This document shows positions 43,124 to 56,667 of a stretch of DNA of 64,000 nucleotides, one piece after another. A program made the translations under genes and the position numbers. The notes under the pieces are model-generated. The model did not search any database. It was given only the letters and a program-made list of their open reading frames with translations, and was not told where the DNA came from. Within the stretch, counting starts at the first letter, position 1; each line of letters opens with the position of its first letter. The DNA comes from Auanema rhodensis (Eukaryota > Animalia > Nematoda), in the NCBI GenBank assembly GCA_964057225.1, contig OZ059895.1, forward strand, positions 12,276,001 to 12,340,000. Direction: 5' to 3'.

Positions 43124-46036
43124 TTAATTTTTATTTGTGCTAGACTCAGCTCTGTGTCTAGGATTTCTGAGCATTTTTCTCATTAATGATGTAATTATCA
43201 TCACAATTTTTATTATCTGAATGATTAGTTTTTGTATGCTTATGATTATTATAATGATTGTTTGTACCCCTATTATATAAGATAATACTGGTATAAAAAC
43301 AGTCATCAGGAGTAAGCATATTGATAATGCCCAGTTTGTTTTAACTACATTTAGAATGTTTCTCCAGGTGTTAGCATTTGTCACAATGTTCATGATTGTT
43401 TTTTCAACGTCTGGAATTTCACTATCCCATTGTAAGGTTCCTTGTATGATCATGCGGTGTTTTTCATTAGCACATGTTACAAAGCATTCTTCATAGATTT
43501 CAGAATTCTCTGAGTAATATTCCACAGCTGTAAGTGGCATGTGTGGAGCGCATTCAATCATGTATATGTTCTCACTACATTGCATTGTGATCCAAGACTC
43601 CTTTTGTGATATACACATGAACTCGGCAACAGCCGTTCTTCTGCAGCTGTGACACCCGGAAAGTTTTTTAAATTCCGGTCGACAAGGAAAGTCGTACAGG
43701 AAGGTACGAGACGACACATTCCCTTGTAGTTGAAGAACAACAGTTGATTCATCAGTTTGAGGAATAAGTGTTAATTTGTTTTCTTTCATGGTAATTAGGG
43801 TGTTCTTGGTGTTCATGGGTAATAAGTTTGCCTGATTGAAAATATTATCAGATGGACAGGTACATGTTAGCTCTTCCCTTTTTGAAATTTTGCAGTTACA
43901 CAACCTCAGTATTTTACAAGAGTTAAATTCATTTGTAGTTTGATATTTGGTTTTGCATGCTACTTCACTCATAGTATGAGGTTCCATGTAATAACTGTTT
44001 ATGGTTGACAATGCATATTTGGTGTTCAAATATCGGGTTGGTGGCACAATATGGGAGATTGAGCTTATATTAAAGTTTGGAAAATTAACAGTGTCGTATG
44101 GTTTTAAAAGAATATTAATATTGGCTTTGTGTTTAAATAGATCATATTTTACCTCTAATGGTATATTTATTTCCCAAGAATCACATTCTACTATTTCATA
44201 AACTATTTCATTGATTGGTTTAAACTCAGTTTGATAGAATGAGCAACCGTCTTCAAGAGACCAACATCCGCAGAAAAGAGAGCCACATCGCCTAGCACAA
44301 CCAACTTGTGTTGGTCCTTCTTTTTCATCAAATTCTTGTAATTGTCCAATAGGATTTATAGCTTCACAAGTGTGATTACAAGGACCTGATCCATAACAGG
44401 AATATTGAGTTTTGTCTTGAATTGTGCTTTCTCGAGTATAATATAGCGTACTTTTCTGGCAAATGTTTTCTGTTGGTTTTTTCGTTATTTCTATTTTGCC
44501 GATAGATTTATTTTGATAAATGAATTCTAAGCAAGCGTCTCTTATGCCTTTATTGAAAATGATTTCATTATCGTATTCTTGATAACAATTTGTTCGATTA
44601 ATGCAAATTATATTTATTGAATGCTTAATATGAGAGTTTGAACAAGATTCCACTGTTATTAATAATACCATGAGTGCTATCGATAATTGTAATGAAGTGA
44701 ATGATGATGTTCTCATGTAATTTGGAATTTTAATAGTTTCTGGAATATCATTTTTCCATTTTGGAGTTACATTGTCAAACTTCGTGGTTACTGTGTTTTC
44801 CTTTTGTACGACTACATCGTCTGAACTTGTTATTATTTTTGAATCAGGTTTTCCACTTCTAACTTCGGTTAGTATCGTTTGCCAATTATCATTTAAAAAT
44901 TTATACCAATATTGGTCATTTTTATGAGCTTTCAATACTCTTTTACAAATTGCTAATATAGTAAATAATAGTATAATTGGTATGAAAAATGTTATCAAAG
45001 TCGTTAATGGATTACATTGAGGGAAATATAATGCTTCCGCTGTTAGCAATTCAGACGATTGGCATGTAGCCTCAACCGTTGGAATTATTCCAAGAAGAGC
45101 TACTTTTGGAACAATCGTTTTCATTTTATTTTTCTTAAAATAACTTCTTACAGCTGCTTGACTACTTTGTGTTTTTGTTTTGAACCATCTATTCAGATTT
45201 GATGGTGTGGATTCGTTTTCGGTTTGCAGAGTTATCTCATTTGTTTGATCTTCCGCTTGCTCTAAGTTCGTATCATTAGAATCATTTTCGTTTCCTGCTT
45301 CGTTCATGATATTCATGTTGGGTGTATAGATGTCGAGTGGTATTACATCGTTATTTCGTTCACTTTCTTCAGTATTTTCAACATTTTCAACCCGAATTCC
45401 TTTTTGTTTTACCGTTCCGGTGATTGAAAAAGGATTCACTTGATATTTTTTATTGTATCTCATTGAGTGAGGTTCTGACGCAAACGGTGCTGCTTCTGCG
45501 TTTCTCACTTCTAGTGGATATATGTGGTTTAATGAACGAGTTGTTATAAGACCAGTGCCAGTTATTAGTTTTGCAGATCTAACTTCCCCATCTGCACTTT
45601 TTATCAGTTCTATTATGCGTCCTAATTTCCATTTACCTCTACTTGAATCATCATTTTGTATTATAATAACTTCTCCTTCTTGTGGTTTCTTAGCGTTCGT
45701 TGCAGGTTGTTTTCTGTTGTGTTTGTAAATATCTCTAAGATACAGTAAATACTCTGAATAGAATTTTTTCCAGAATAATTGAGTTACATCGTTAGATAAC
45801 TCTATTGCTTCAATGGCTTGCTCTATAGTTTGTATTGTCCTGCTATTGATAGTTTTATCATAAATTCGGGTATTCGATACGTTTGAAGAAAGTGTAAACC
45901 TGATGGAACGGTTTAAAAAATCACAAGGTCTGATAGGCAAAATGTTCAGGTTGGATGGGTTCGGATGTGTAAGCGGGCGAGTATTCAAAATTGTTTCGAT
46001 TTTTACAATTACTGTATGTATATCATCAATTGACAT
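43124..46036 (-). CDS. Integrase C-terminus fused to env with a phlebovirus Gc-like class II fusion domain
   Basis: LNTRPLT and RGKWKLGRI…ADGEVRSA…LEV (BEL integrase C-term); hydrophobic segments; fusion-loop-like CARRCGSLFCGCWSLEDGCSFY; LSGCHSCRRTA; C-terminal TM. Confidence 0.85.
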   Translation of the reverse strand: MSIDDIHTVIVKIETILNTRPLTHPNPSNLNILPIRPCDFLNRSIRFTLSSNVSNTRIYDKTINSRTIQTIEQAIEAIELSNDVTQLFWKKFYSEYLLYLRDIYKHNRKQPATNAKKPQEGEVIIIQNDDSSRGKWKLGRIIELIKSADGEVRSAKLITGTGLITTRSLNHIYPLEVRNAEAAPFASEPHSMRYNKKYQVNPFSITGTVKQKGIRVENVENTEESERNNDVIPLDIYTPNMNIMNEAGNENDSNDTNLEQAEDQTNEITLQTENESTPSNLNRWFKTKTQSSQAAVRSYFKKNKMKTIVPKVALLGIIPTVEATCQSSELLTAEALYFPQCNPLTTLITFFIPIILLFTILAICKRVLKAHKNDQYWYKFLNDNWQTILTEVRSGKPDSKIITSSDDVVVQKENTVTTKFDNVTPKWKNDIPETIKIPNYMRTSSFTSLQLSIALMVLLITVESCSNSHIKHSINIICINRTNCYQEYDNEIIFNKGIRDACLEFIYQNKSIGKIEITKKPTENICQKSTLYYTRESTIQDKTQYSCYGSGPCNHTCEAINPIGQLQEFDEKEGPTQVGCARRCGSLFCGCWSLEDGCSFYQTEFKPINEIVYEIVECDSWEINIPLEVKYDLFKHKANINILLKPYDTVNFPNFNISSISHIVPPTRYLNTKYALSTINSYYMEPHTMSEVACKTKYQTTNEFNSCKILRLCNCKISKREELTCTCPSDNIFNQANLLPMNTKNTLITMKENKLTLIPQTDESTVVLQLQGNVSSRTFLYDFPCRPEFKKLSGCHSCRRTAVAEFMCISQKESWITMQCSENIYMIECAPHMPLTAVEYYSENSEIYEECFVTCANEKHRMIIQGTLQWDSEIPDVEKTIMNIVTNANTWRNILNVVKTNWALSICLLLMTVFIPVLSYIIGVQTIIIIIISIQKLIIQIIKIVMIITSLMRKMLRNPRHRAESSTNKN

Positions 46037-49000
46037 TAATCTATTTCCAATTGTTTTGTATAGTGCTAACTTTGTTAGTCCTACTAGTCTTTCCCATGTT
46101 CCACCTTTCCATGGAGCCTGTGGTGTGTTGAAGTACCATTTAATATTCTTTTCGGCAAGATAATTGGTTAATGTTTTTTCATTATTAGATTCATGCTTTT
46201 CTGTGTAAAACTCTATTACTTTAGCACTTAATAAGAAATTTCCTCCATTATCGCTTCGTATTATTTCTGGAATACCTCTTCTTCCAATGAACCTTTCAAA
46301 AGCGTTTAAGAATGCCTTTGTTGATTGGTCAAAAACTATCTAGGTGTATAGCTCTTATAGCTAAACAAGTAAACAGACATATAAATATCTTTTTACCATC
46401 CTTTATGGTTATTGGACCTAATAACTCACAACCTGTACTCATGAATGGTTTTGTTAGAATTACTCTATCCTTAGGCAATGCTGGCATTAAGGACGTTCCA
46501 AACGGCAAAGCGTTGTATCTATTGCAGATTGTGCATGTTTTGAGAACTGATCTGACTATGCTTGATGGTTTACTTAAAAAGTATTTTTGACGCAAGAGTG
46601 TTAGAACAAAATCTCTCCCTTGGTGCATGCATTCTCTGTGTAAATGCATAATTATGTGTTCTGTGTACGGAGAATCCCTTGGAAGATATATGGGATTTTG
46701 AGTTTCAAACGGTAATTCCGAGTTGTTCAATCTACTACGAACTCTGATTATTTCTTCATCGAGAAAAAATACAAAACCTTCATGTTTTTTCGTGAGAAGA
46801 TCTATTGTTACATGCTGTTGTGGTTTACTTATTAGTAGTTTGGTTATAATCTCAATATCATTAGCTGTAGTTTGCCAGTTTTCATCTAATTGCATTACCT
46901 TATTTAACCTTGTTATAGCTGTGGGATGTACTTTTATGATCCAATGTATCAAGAATTTACTTAATTTAACTATAGTTTTCAGTAAGGTATAGTTGTTGCT
47001 ACGTAATTCAAATAAATCTTCAACTGGTATTTGTGTTATTTGTTGTTGTTCAACGGTATCGATCAAGGTTGTTATATTCCAAATAGGCTCATATTCAATT
47101 TCTTCAATGTGTGACTTTGTTTGGGTTAACCATTGTGGTCCTTTAATCCACATAGAATCACTTAGTTCTTGGAGACAAGCTCCTCGAGAACCAATATCGG
47201 CTGGGTTATAATCACCATTCACATGAAAAAGTTTGATTTTAATGTTATTTTCCTTCAATTTATCTATATACTTCCTTACATTGTCGACGCGACAGCCTAC
47301 ATATGGTGGTAAAGTTTTCTGATGGTTAGCTATCCAATGTAAGGCTACCTTACTGTCACTGGCTACGTGTACAGTTTTAAGATGATTGGTTGTAGATGTG
47401 ATATTATCAGCTAACATAATACCTAATAGTATGGCAATGAGTTCTAGTCTTGGGATAGTTAGATTTCCCTTTTTTGCAATTTTCGACTTTCCGCTTACAA
47501 GTTGGCTTATTTTACCATTGGTTTCAATGTATGTGCAGGCAGCAATGGCTAGTTTACTAGCATCAGTAAATACCCATAATATAGAGTCATTCAGGTTTAA
47601 CTTTCTTTCAAGTCTCAATTCCTTTTCATTTAATAATTCATTTATGGCTAAATTCCATTTATGTGTTATTTCTTTGGGTAATTCAACATCCCAACCCTTG
47701 AATTGATCACTTGATTCTCTTAATAATAATTTTAATGGTAAAATCAATGGGCTTGCCATACCTAATGGATCAAATATTGAATGTATTTGACTTAACATGT
47801 TCCTGTGCGTATTGATTTCAAATTTCTTTAATTTAAGTATAAGAACGAATAAATCTAATTTTGTATCATAATTTAAACCCAAAATTTTGGTAGTATTATG
47901 TGGGTATTTGTCTTCATTGTTCATATCTTCAGTAACTTTTGGATTGTTGCTCATAAATTCTCTTAAATTCATAGAAATGCCTTGTAAGATTTTCTTGGCT
48001 TTTTCGCTTTTTATCTTAGCTTCTTCAACATTGTTTGCATATAAAATTATATTGTCAACATATAAGGAATCGAGCAAGTGACTAGCGTAAGGGTCGGTAT
48101 GATTATTGAGGTACCAAGCTAAGCTCATGCTTAATATACCCGGGGACGCTGTTATACCAAATGGTAGCCGTTTGAATTGGTATGTCATGACGTTATACTT
48201 ATTTACCGATTCATTTTCGTTTCTAATCCAGAAAAATTTACAATATTTTCTGTGCTCTTCTTTAATACTTATTTGTAAAATTGCTGACTCAATGTCGCAG
48301 GTTATTATTATTGGACTTTTTCTACATTTTATTAATATATCATGAATTTTGTGAATAAATGTTTGGCCTGAATGCATAACTTGGTTCAACGATGGACTAT
48401 TTTTTTGTTTTGCTGAAGCATCAAACACGATTCTTAAAGGTCGAGCTTTTTCTTTTCTCCACACTCCATGATGTGGTAAGAAAAATCCATCTTCGGCTGA
48501 TTCATCAACAATTGGCTCGATAATTCCCTTTTGAATGTATTCATTTATTAATTTTTTATACCATTCTAGTTGTTCTTTATTAGAGTGTAGATTTTTCCAT
48601 AATGTCATGAATCTATGAAAAGCTGGCCAATTATTATTCTTCAATTTATTCAAATAATTTTTAAATGGAAACGGAGCTTCAATTCTCCCGGCTTTAATGG
48701 ATAGTTCTTTACTATATTCTTTAAGATAATTCTCTGCTTCTGCATTGTTATCTACTATGGTGCTTATTCCAATAGTATCGATAAGGAAAAGTTCTTTCAG
48801 TTTTGTTTCTGGAGGTGGTTCATGACTTTGTTACTCTTCAATGCTACACAGAGTTACAATTTTTTCAAGTTTAGTTTCTCCATTTATAAGAGTTCCAAAT
48901 ACAGATCCTTTACATAAAAGATCAGAGGGAAGTCTGAATTCTTCATTGTCTTTTACAAACAATTTTAATCTATCTTGTCCAATCAAAACATCCGGTTCAA

Positions 49001-51030
49001 AAACTTCCCCATTGGTATCGGTATTGGCTAATATAATATTGTTTTCTTTAATGAAACTCAAATCCTTTCTTGAAAGATAAGGACTATATATGTGGGAACT
49101 GATTTTTGGTTTCGTGAGCATTTCGGTTACAATTAAATTTTTCTCTTTAGTATAGAAAATTGTGTTAACTATACTTGAAACATGAGAATGTTTCATTCCT
49201 CCAATACCATGAAATGTTTTTCTTTGTTTGGATTTAACTGGTAGTTTCATCCTTTTTGCTAGATCTTCTCTGATAAAAGATCGTTGAGAACAATCATCAA
49301 AAATAATGTTAACTTTCTCATAACTATCGCTATTGTAATTGAACAAATTTGCTTTTGCTGTTCGTAAAATTATTTGGCCTTTTTCTACGTCATGATTACC
49401 AACAATTGTGGTTAAACTTGTGGGTTCTTCATGTGCTTTCTTTGGAATAATTGTTTGATTATTTCTGGTCTTTTCTTCATCATTACCCCTTTGTAAAGAA
49501 ATGTTGGTGATGACTCCATTTCTATTCTGATTTCTTTTATTTTGGTAACAAACTGAAATGTTGTGATCATCATGACAGCTGTTGCATTTAAACTTTGGCC
49601 ATGTGCAGTTTTTGCTTTGATGATTGTCTGCAAAGCATACATAACATAGCCTTTTTTCTCTTAAAATTTTCCTTTTTTCCGTTGTTTCAATAGGACACAT
49701 ATGGCTATTGTGTGAATTGTTCGCGCAAAAAAACGCAATTCCTTCTTTGTTTCAAATCCTTAACTTCATTCAATCGAAATTGTTTTTTAGTTTGATCACC
49801 ATCTGGATTTTTACTTTTTTCATTGTTACTGAGATACAATGATTCAGTGTTTTCAGTCATCTGTAGTAGTTTTACTTGCGCCGAAATATGTTCAATGATT
49901 TTCTCGTGGGACCATTCAAAATTTTGTTTGATGTGAATATCTTTGATTATTTCAAATGGGAATTTATTGAGTACGGTAGCAACATAAAGCTCTTTGGTTA
50001 AAGATCCTCCCGCCGCTTGAATCTGTCGCAGCAGAGCTTTTATCTCTTTTAGCGTTTGAGCACAACTATCGGCTCGTCTTGAAGCTTTTGGCACCTTATT
50101 CAACTTGTTGATCAGCGTTGCTGTATCAACAGCGTATGAGGAATATTCTTCCTTCAAACAATTTTTCATAAACTCATAGTTTTCTTCGGTACCGGGAATT
50201 CCCCTAAGAAGATATTCGGCTTCACCTAATAAGGACTCACATAGGAAGTTCACTTTTTCACTTATAGAGAAAGATTCATTGTTATCAATCATTCTCATGA
50301 ATCTATCCCAGAATAAAGGGAATTTTTCCGGAGTACCGTCAAAGGTTGGAGTTTTTAATATGGGTCTTTGCAGTATTTGGTTAATCAGTCTTACTTCATT
50401 AACATGCTGATCATGCACTACCTGATCGGGTAAACTGTTTTGTTTTTCTTGTACCTCGTTTGTACAATTTTCATATTCTTTTTCTTCTGTATATTCAACT
50501 CTTTCCCGAAATTGTTGTAATTCAAGTTGTATTTCCATATCTTTGATTTTTTCTTTATTTTTATCAATAAGATTTTTTAAGAATATCAACTTGTCATTCA
50601 ATTCCAGTATTATTAACGTGGCATTGCCACGGATGTCTCCTTTTTCACCTTCTTCGAATTTTGTAAATTTTTTGTTTAATTCTTTTTGGTGCTCTTCTTC
50701 TAAAAGCTCACAAACTCTTTGAAAATTAATTTCAATGGTTTCAATTGATTGGAGTTTATTCTCCAAAATATTCAAGTAATTTTTAACTCTTGCACATTCA
50801 TTCTCTTGCGCAATAATTTGATTTACCGGCTCAGACAATTCTGAGTAATCGGTCATTTTCTTATAGTTTTCAACTTTAGAATTCAGTTTATTCAAAAATT
50901 CTGATTCTCTCCCCATTTGAAGAATATATCTTTGAGCGGAGGACATTATTTTAGCCTTCCTCAATGGATATTTCAGATTCAGCGATATTTTTATCGTCTT
51001 ATTGTTTCTTGACAAGTGATTTCTTGTCAA
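46037..51030 (-). pseudogene. BEL/Pao gag-pol (gag, Zn knuckles, protease, RT, RNase H, integrase) with one frameshift and in-frame stops
   Basis: PTFDG…FWDRF gag; CYVC…H…C knuckles; IFDDCSQRSFI protease; LRIVFDAS, LPFG and LYVDN RT; FTDAS and TIPRLEL RNase H; HHCC and SDNG integrase; breaks at ~49730, 48831 and 46329. Confidence 0.92.
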
Positions 51031-51175
51031 CTCGGATTTTCTACGAGTTCTTCGGAATTTTATTTCTCCGGCGGTTCTATATAACCTTTAACACAGTGTT
51101 CTTCGGAATTTATTTCTCCGGCGGTTCTATATAACCTTTGTTTTAAACTTTCCTTATCAGTAAGCAACTGAAATA

Positions 51176-51192
51176 TCCTGCCGTAGTCGCCA
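51176..51192 (-). promoter_or_regulatory. Primer-binding site, probably tRNA-Arg
   Basis: TGGCGACTACGGCAGGA, 2 nt from the 5' LTR; resembles the complement of a nematode tRNA-Arg 3' end. Confidence 0.7.
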
Positions 51193-51194
51193 AA

Positions 51195-51531
51195 TGTCGC
51201 TTGACAACTGGACTTTTACCTCCAAGTATCAGTCCAAGTATGGAGTTGGTTCGTATGAGTGCGGTATTATGCGTTAAGACAAGTTAAATGAAGAAAGGTT
51301 TATTCAATAAATGCAACAACAGTAAAGTGAACAAGTGGATTGATTTTAGAATTTCCAAGAAATCCTAAAATCAATACAAAATTGGTGAGACATGAGTTTT
51401 AACCATCTGGTTCTCCCTTTTATAGGGAGGCACCAGATGGATCAAGGGGAGGAGAATGTTTTTGCGAAACAAAGTAAGAATGAGTGAAAATCAGTATGAA
51501 ACTTACATATTCTTTCACGTCGACCGTGACA
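51195..51531 (-). repeat. BEL element 5' LTR
   Basis: Direct repeat of 41353-41689; TATAAAA and AATAAA on the element strand. Confidence 0.95.
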
Positions 51532-51659
51532 GGCCCAACGTTGCTTGACTTGCCAGATCGGACGGGATGGCGTACTTTCAACGTGGTATGGTCGTAAGCG
51601 AAAATACCTGATATTCAATGATTTACATACTTATCCTCGTTATTGTTTTTTTTCCAATT

Positions 51660-52345
51660 TGTTCCATACGTGTCCTATAAGTAGAGCGATTGACAACGTC
51701 AATCGCTTATAAAACGGAACATTATAAAAACAAATAGCTGACGCTACATTTGAGAAACAGGAATTCAATGCAAGAATGAATGAACACTTTTTCATATTGA
51801 GTGTAATTAAAGAAAGCCCAATTCAAGCGGATTCAAGTTCCGCGGACCTGATATAACCACTTTTTATGCTCGTAAGGAAAACTATATAAGGTTTTCTTTC
51901 GAGTCCTTTAGGCTGCGACTAGAAATCATGATGTAACTTTTATTATTGTAATTTGTATACTTTATCATGAATAAAGCTTTCTCTCTATACTCTTTATCAT
52001 TTATATTTGGAAGAAAACTAAATAAATCCATGTGGTTACCCAGCCGGAACCCTGGGGAACCACCATGGAACGTGGAGGTTCCACCGAGATTCGTCTATAA
52101 CCGACGAATCTCTAAGAACCATATTTCGCTTCATAAATTTAATTTTGAAATCTTTTATACATCTAATTAAAGAATTATATTTCGATTATACTATATGAAT
52201 TTAATCTGAAATCTTTCTCTTCTTTATTTCATTCATTCAAAGAACTTTATTTTGATTTTGATTCATAAATTAATACTGAAATCTTACATACATTTATTTA
52301 AGAAAATATATTTTGAAACAACTTAATTTTCTTTAAATTAAATAA
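51660..52345 (+). mobile_element. Divergent TGTTCCATA-family LTR (51660-52072) + tRNA-Gln PBS + leader remnant
   Basis: Same termini, hairpins and PBS as the 29565 LTR but a different interior; truncated and fused to a 5S start. Confidence 0.85.
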
Positions 52346-52464
52346 GCTTACGACCATACCACGTTGAAAGTACGCCATCCCGTCCGATCTGGCAAGTCAA
52401 GCAACGTTGGGCCCGGTTAGTACTTGGATCGAAGACGGCTTGGGAATCCCGGGTGCCGTAAGCT
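52346..52464 (+). rRNA. 5S rRNA (variant, upstream flank replaced)
   Basis: 119 nt, substitution in the box C region (GATCGAAG). Confidence 0.8.
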
Positions 52465-53273
52465 TTTCAAATTTTTTTAACGATCATGCCACGTTGAAAG
52501 TACGCCATGCAGCTGATTTTCAATTTTATCTCTTCCGTAACAAATGTTTTTAATTTTCCAGCAGTTTTACTTAGATAGCTCAACCCAAAGCATCAAAAAA
52601 TCTTCAATCTTATTTCTATATTACAGTTATAAACCAGTAGTTTATGAACCTTCATCTTAACTTTACTGTTTCTTTCTATTTCCTATTGAAACAAACGTTG
52701 TTTAAACACTATACAACTGTGAAACTTTTTTAAATTTATTGTATTTGGAGCTCATAAGATTCAATATCATCGAGGGATTTAGATGTAACGTGGAAAATTA
52801 CATAACTAACATGAAATTGGAAAATAAGCAATAACGAGGATAAATATGTAAATCATTGAATAACAGATATTTTCGCTTACGACCATACCACGTTGAAAAT
52901 ACGCCATGCAGCTGATTTTCAATTTTATCTCTTCCGTAACAAATGTTTTTAATTTTCCAGCAGTTTTACTTAGATAGCTCAACCCAAGGCATTAAAATAT
53001 CTTCAATCTTATTTCTATATTACAGTTATAAACCAGTAGTTTATGAACCTTCATCTTAACTTTACTGTTTCTTTCTATTTCCTATTGAAACAAACGTTGT
53101 TTAAACACTATACAACTGTGAAACTTTTTTAAATTTATTGTATTTGGAGCTCATAAGATTTGATATCATCGAGGGATTTAGATGTAACGTGGAAAATTAC
53201 ATAACTAACATGAAATTGGAAAAAAAACAAAAACGAGGATAAGTATGTAAATCATTGAATATCAGATATTTTC

Positions 53274-53392
53274 GCTTACGACCATACCACGTTGAAAGTA
53301 CGCCATCCCGTCCGAACTGGCAAGTCAAGCAACGTTGGGCCCGGTTAGTACTTGGATCGGAGACGGCTTGGGAATCCCGCGTGCCGTAAGCT
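53274..53392 (+). rRNA. 5S rRNA (variant)
   Basis: 119 nt, two substitutions. Confidence 0.8.
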
Positions 53393-53803
53393 TTTCAAAT
53401 TTTTTTAACGATCATACCACGTTGAAAGTACGCCATGAAGCTGATTTTCAATTTTATCTCTTCCCCAACAAATGTTTTCAATTTTCCAGCAGATTTACTT
53501 AGATAGCTCAACCCAAGGCATCAAAGTATCTTCAATCTTATTTCTATATTACATTTATAAACCAGTAGTTTATGAACCTTCATCTTAACTTTACTGTTTC
53601 TATCTATTTCCTATTGAAACAAACATTGTTTAAACACTATACAACTGTGAAACCTTTTTTAATTTATTGTATTTGGAGCTCATAAGATTTGATATCATCG
53701 AGGGATTCAGATGTAACGTAGAAAATTACATAACTAACATGAAATTGGAAAAAAAAACAATAACGAGGATAAGTATGTAAATCATTGAATATCAGATATT
53801 TTT

Positions 53804-53911
53804 GCTTACGCCCATACCACGTTGAAAGTACGCCATCCCATCCGATCTGGCAAGTCAAGCAACGTTGGGCCCGGATAGTACTTGGATCGAAGACGGCTTG
53901 GGAATCCCGCG
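53804..53911 (+). pseudogene. Degenerate 3'-deleted 5S copy
   Basis: Several substitutions; lacks the 3' end and terminator. Confidence 0.85.
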
Positions 53912-55193
53912 AATTTTATCTCTTCCGTAACAAATGTTTTTAATTTTCCAGCAGTTTTACTCAGATAGCTCAACCCAAGGCATCAAAATATCTTCAATCT
54001 TATTTCTATATTACAGTTATAAACCAGTAGTTTATGAACCTTCATCTTTGTTCCATACGTGTCTTATAAAGAAGGCGGTTGACAACGTCAACCGACTTTT
54101 GGTTAATAGAATTCAATAAGAAACTAGACCTGAACTACTTTTTGTATAAATTCAAATATATTTGTAATTAATATTTTGCTATATAAACTTCTGAGAAAGC
54201 AACTAGGTTGGCTTTCTCATAACATGTAGTTTCATTTATTTGATTATTGTATTATGCTTTTATAATTGTATTTCCATATTCTGAATAAACTTTTTTTTCG
54301 CTACTCTCTGTTATTTTTACAATGGCATTCACACTATTAAAGTCCATATGGTTACCTAGCCGGAACCCTAGGAACCAATATGGAACGTGAACGTGGAGGT
54401 TCCACCGAGATTCGTCTATAAGGGACGAAACTCTATGGACCATTGCCGCTACTTTTCTCACCTTTATATTACTTTCTCTTTCTTTGAAATTTTTTTTTTT
54501 ACTCTAAAAATTTATCTTGATTTCATATCCAAAATTCTAATTTAATTTTATATTTCAAACTTTCAAGTCAATTTTGTATCTAAAAAAACTTCAATTTAAT
54601 CTAGTAATTCGAATTTATCTCTAAATATCATTCTTTTAACATCATTTCTGATATATCTATTTGAAAAAATGTCTTATACGTATTATCTATTACAATCTAT
54701 ATTCCTACTTTATTCCTCTACTTTCCTGTATGTTAAAAGCATATAATGCATAAAAACTCTTTTTGGAACAAGCATATCCAAATATTTAACCAGATAAGAA
54801 CTTGGTCCTTTGCTAAAAGTCACACGTAGTTGCGGACTCGTGTATGAACCTGACCAGGCTATTCTCCGACTAGAGACCCGCTGCAGGCTGGCCCCCTGAC
54901 AGGAACAGGAGTCGCGCATACCAACCCCATATTGTCTCTTACGTTTTGTATAATATAAGCTCAGTCTTCGTTGGTTAATAATTTCCTTCCAGGAAACCAA
55001 CAAAGATGGCTGACGCAGCGAATCAAAACCCTCCGCCGGGAAATATTGCCCAAATGTGTGACTATTGTATATGTGACTATTGTATGTGTGTGACTAACAC
55101 TAACATACTATAACATATACCTTTTTTCTTGTGTGTTACCTTTTCTTGTGTTACTTTTTCTTGTGTTATGTTATGTTGTGTTATGTTATGTTG

Positions 55194-56667
55194 AACTTCG
55201 AATGAGATAATAAAGCTGAAATAAGAGGCTTTGTTAGGCAAATACAAACATTAAAATCTACCCTTATCATTGAGAGTAAGGCCATAACACTTCGGCTCTA
55301 TGGCTCGGGCCACCCCTATACATCCATCTATAATTAATATTATTATGTAATATGAACGAAACACTATAACACGAATAAGAGTATAATCAAAAGCTAATAA
55401 TGACAACTATTAGAATAATATAATAAGAATAAGATAGAATAAGAATAATATTAATTGATATATTGATCTGACGTCAAGTCACGTAATGCGTACATGTTTA
55501 TTGAACTTTATACCATGTACGGGACGCATCTATACAATAGTCAGGAAGATGCATCTTTTCCAAATTACGTGACTATTGTATATGTGACTATTGTATATAC
55601 CTGATTATTATATGTGTGACTATTGCCTATGTGACTATATGACTAACATAACATAATACCTATTTTGTGTTACCTTTTCTTGTGTTACTTTTTTTGTGTA
55701 ATTAAACATATTTAAATAAAACGTTAGTTACATATACAATTTTTATTAAACAAAAAGACAAAAAAAAACAAAAAAAAATCACTTAGTTTTCAAATATTTA
55801 ATGAAGTAATTATCCAGTTTACTATTTTTTGTCACCATTTCTTCGTGCTGTTTCTCGTAGCCCAATAATGTACATTGCCTCAACTTCGAATGAGATAATA
55901 AAGCTGAAATAAGAGGCTTTGTTAGGCAAATACAAACATTAAAATCTACCCTTATCATTGAGAGTAAGGCCATAACACTTCGGCTCTATGGCTCGGGCCA
56001 CCCCTATACATCCATCTATAATTAATATTATTATGTAATATGAACGAAACACTATAACACGAATAAGAGTATAATCAAAAGCTAATAATGACAACTATTA
56101 GAATAATATAATAAGAATAAGATAGAATAAGAATAATATTAATTGATATATTGATCTGACGTCAAGTCACGTAATGCGTACATGTTTATTGAACTTCATA
56201 CCATGTACGGGACGCATCTATACAATAGTCAGGAAGATGCATCTTTTCCAAATTACGTGACTATTGTATATGTGACTATTGTATATACCTGATTATTATA
56301 TGTGTGACTATTGCCTATGTGACTATATGACTAACATAACATAATACCTATTTTGTGTTACCTTTTCTTGTGTTACTTTTTTTGTGTAATTAAACATATT
56401 TAAATAAAACGTTAGTTACATATACAATTTTTATTAAACAAAAAGACAAAAAAAAACAAAAAAAAATCACTTAGTTTTCAAATATTTAATGAAGTAATTA
56501 TCCAGTTTACTATTTTTTGTCACCATTTCTTCGTGCTGTTTCTCGTAGCCCAATAACGTACATTGCCTCAACTTCGAATGAGATAATAAAGCTGAAATAA
56601 GAGGCTTTGTTAGGCAAATACAAACATTAAAATCTACCCTTATCATTGAGAGTAAGGCCATAACACT
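55194..56667. repeat. 688-bp-period tandem duplication covering the 3' end and downstream flank of the SET-YR gene
   Basis: 55194-55979 matches 55882-56667; a degenerate further part-copy lies at 55054-55190. Confidence 0.9.

Noticed and set aside
44001-49080. Plus-strand ORFs over the BEL pol/env
   Set aside because: Antisense shadows of the long minus-strand reading frame
51047-51139. Two ~42-bp direct repeats in the BEL leader
   Set aside because: Real, but a common feature of retroelement 5' UTRs; no further signal
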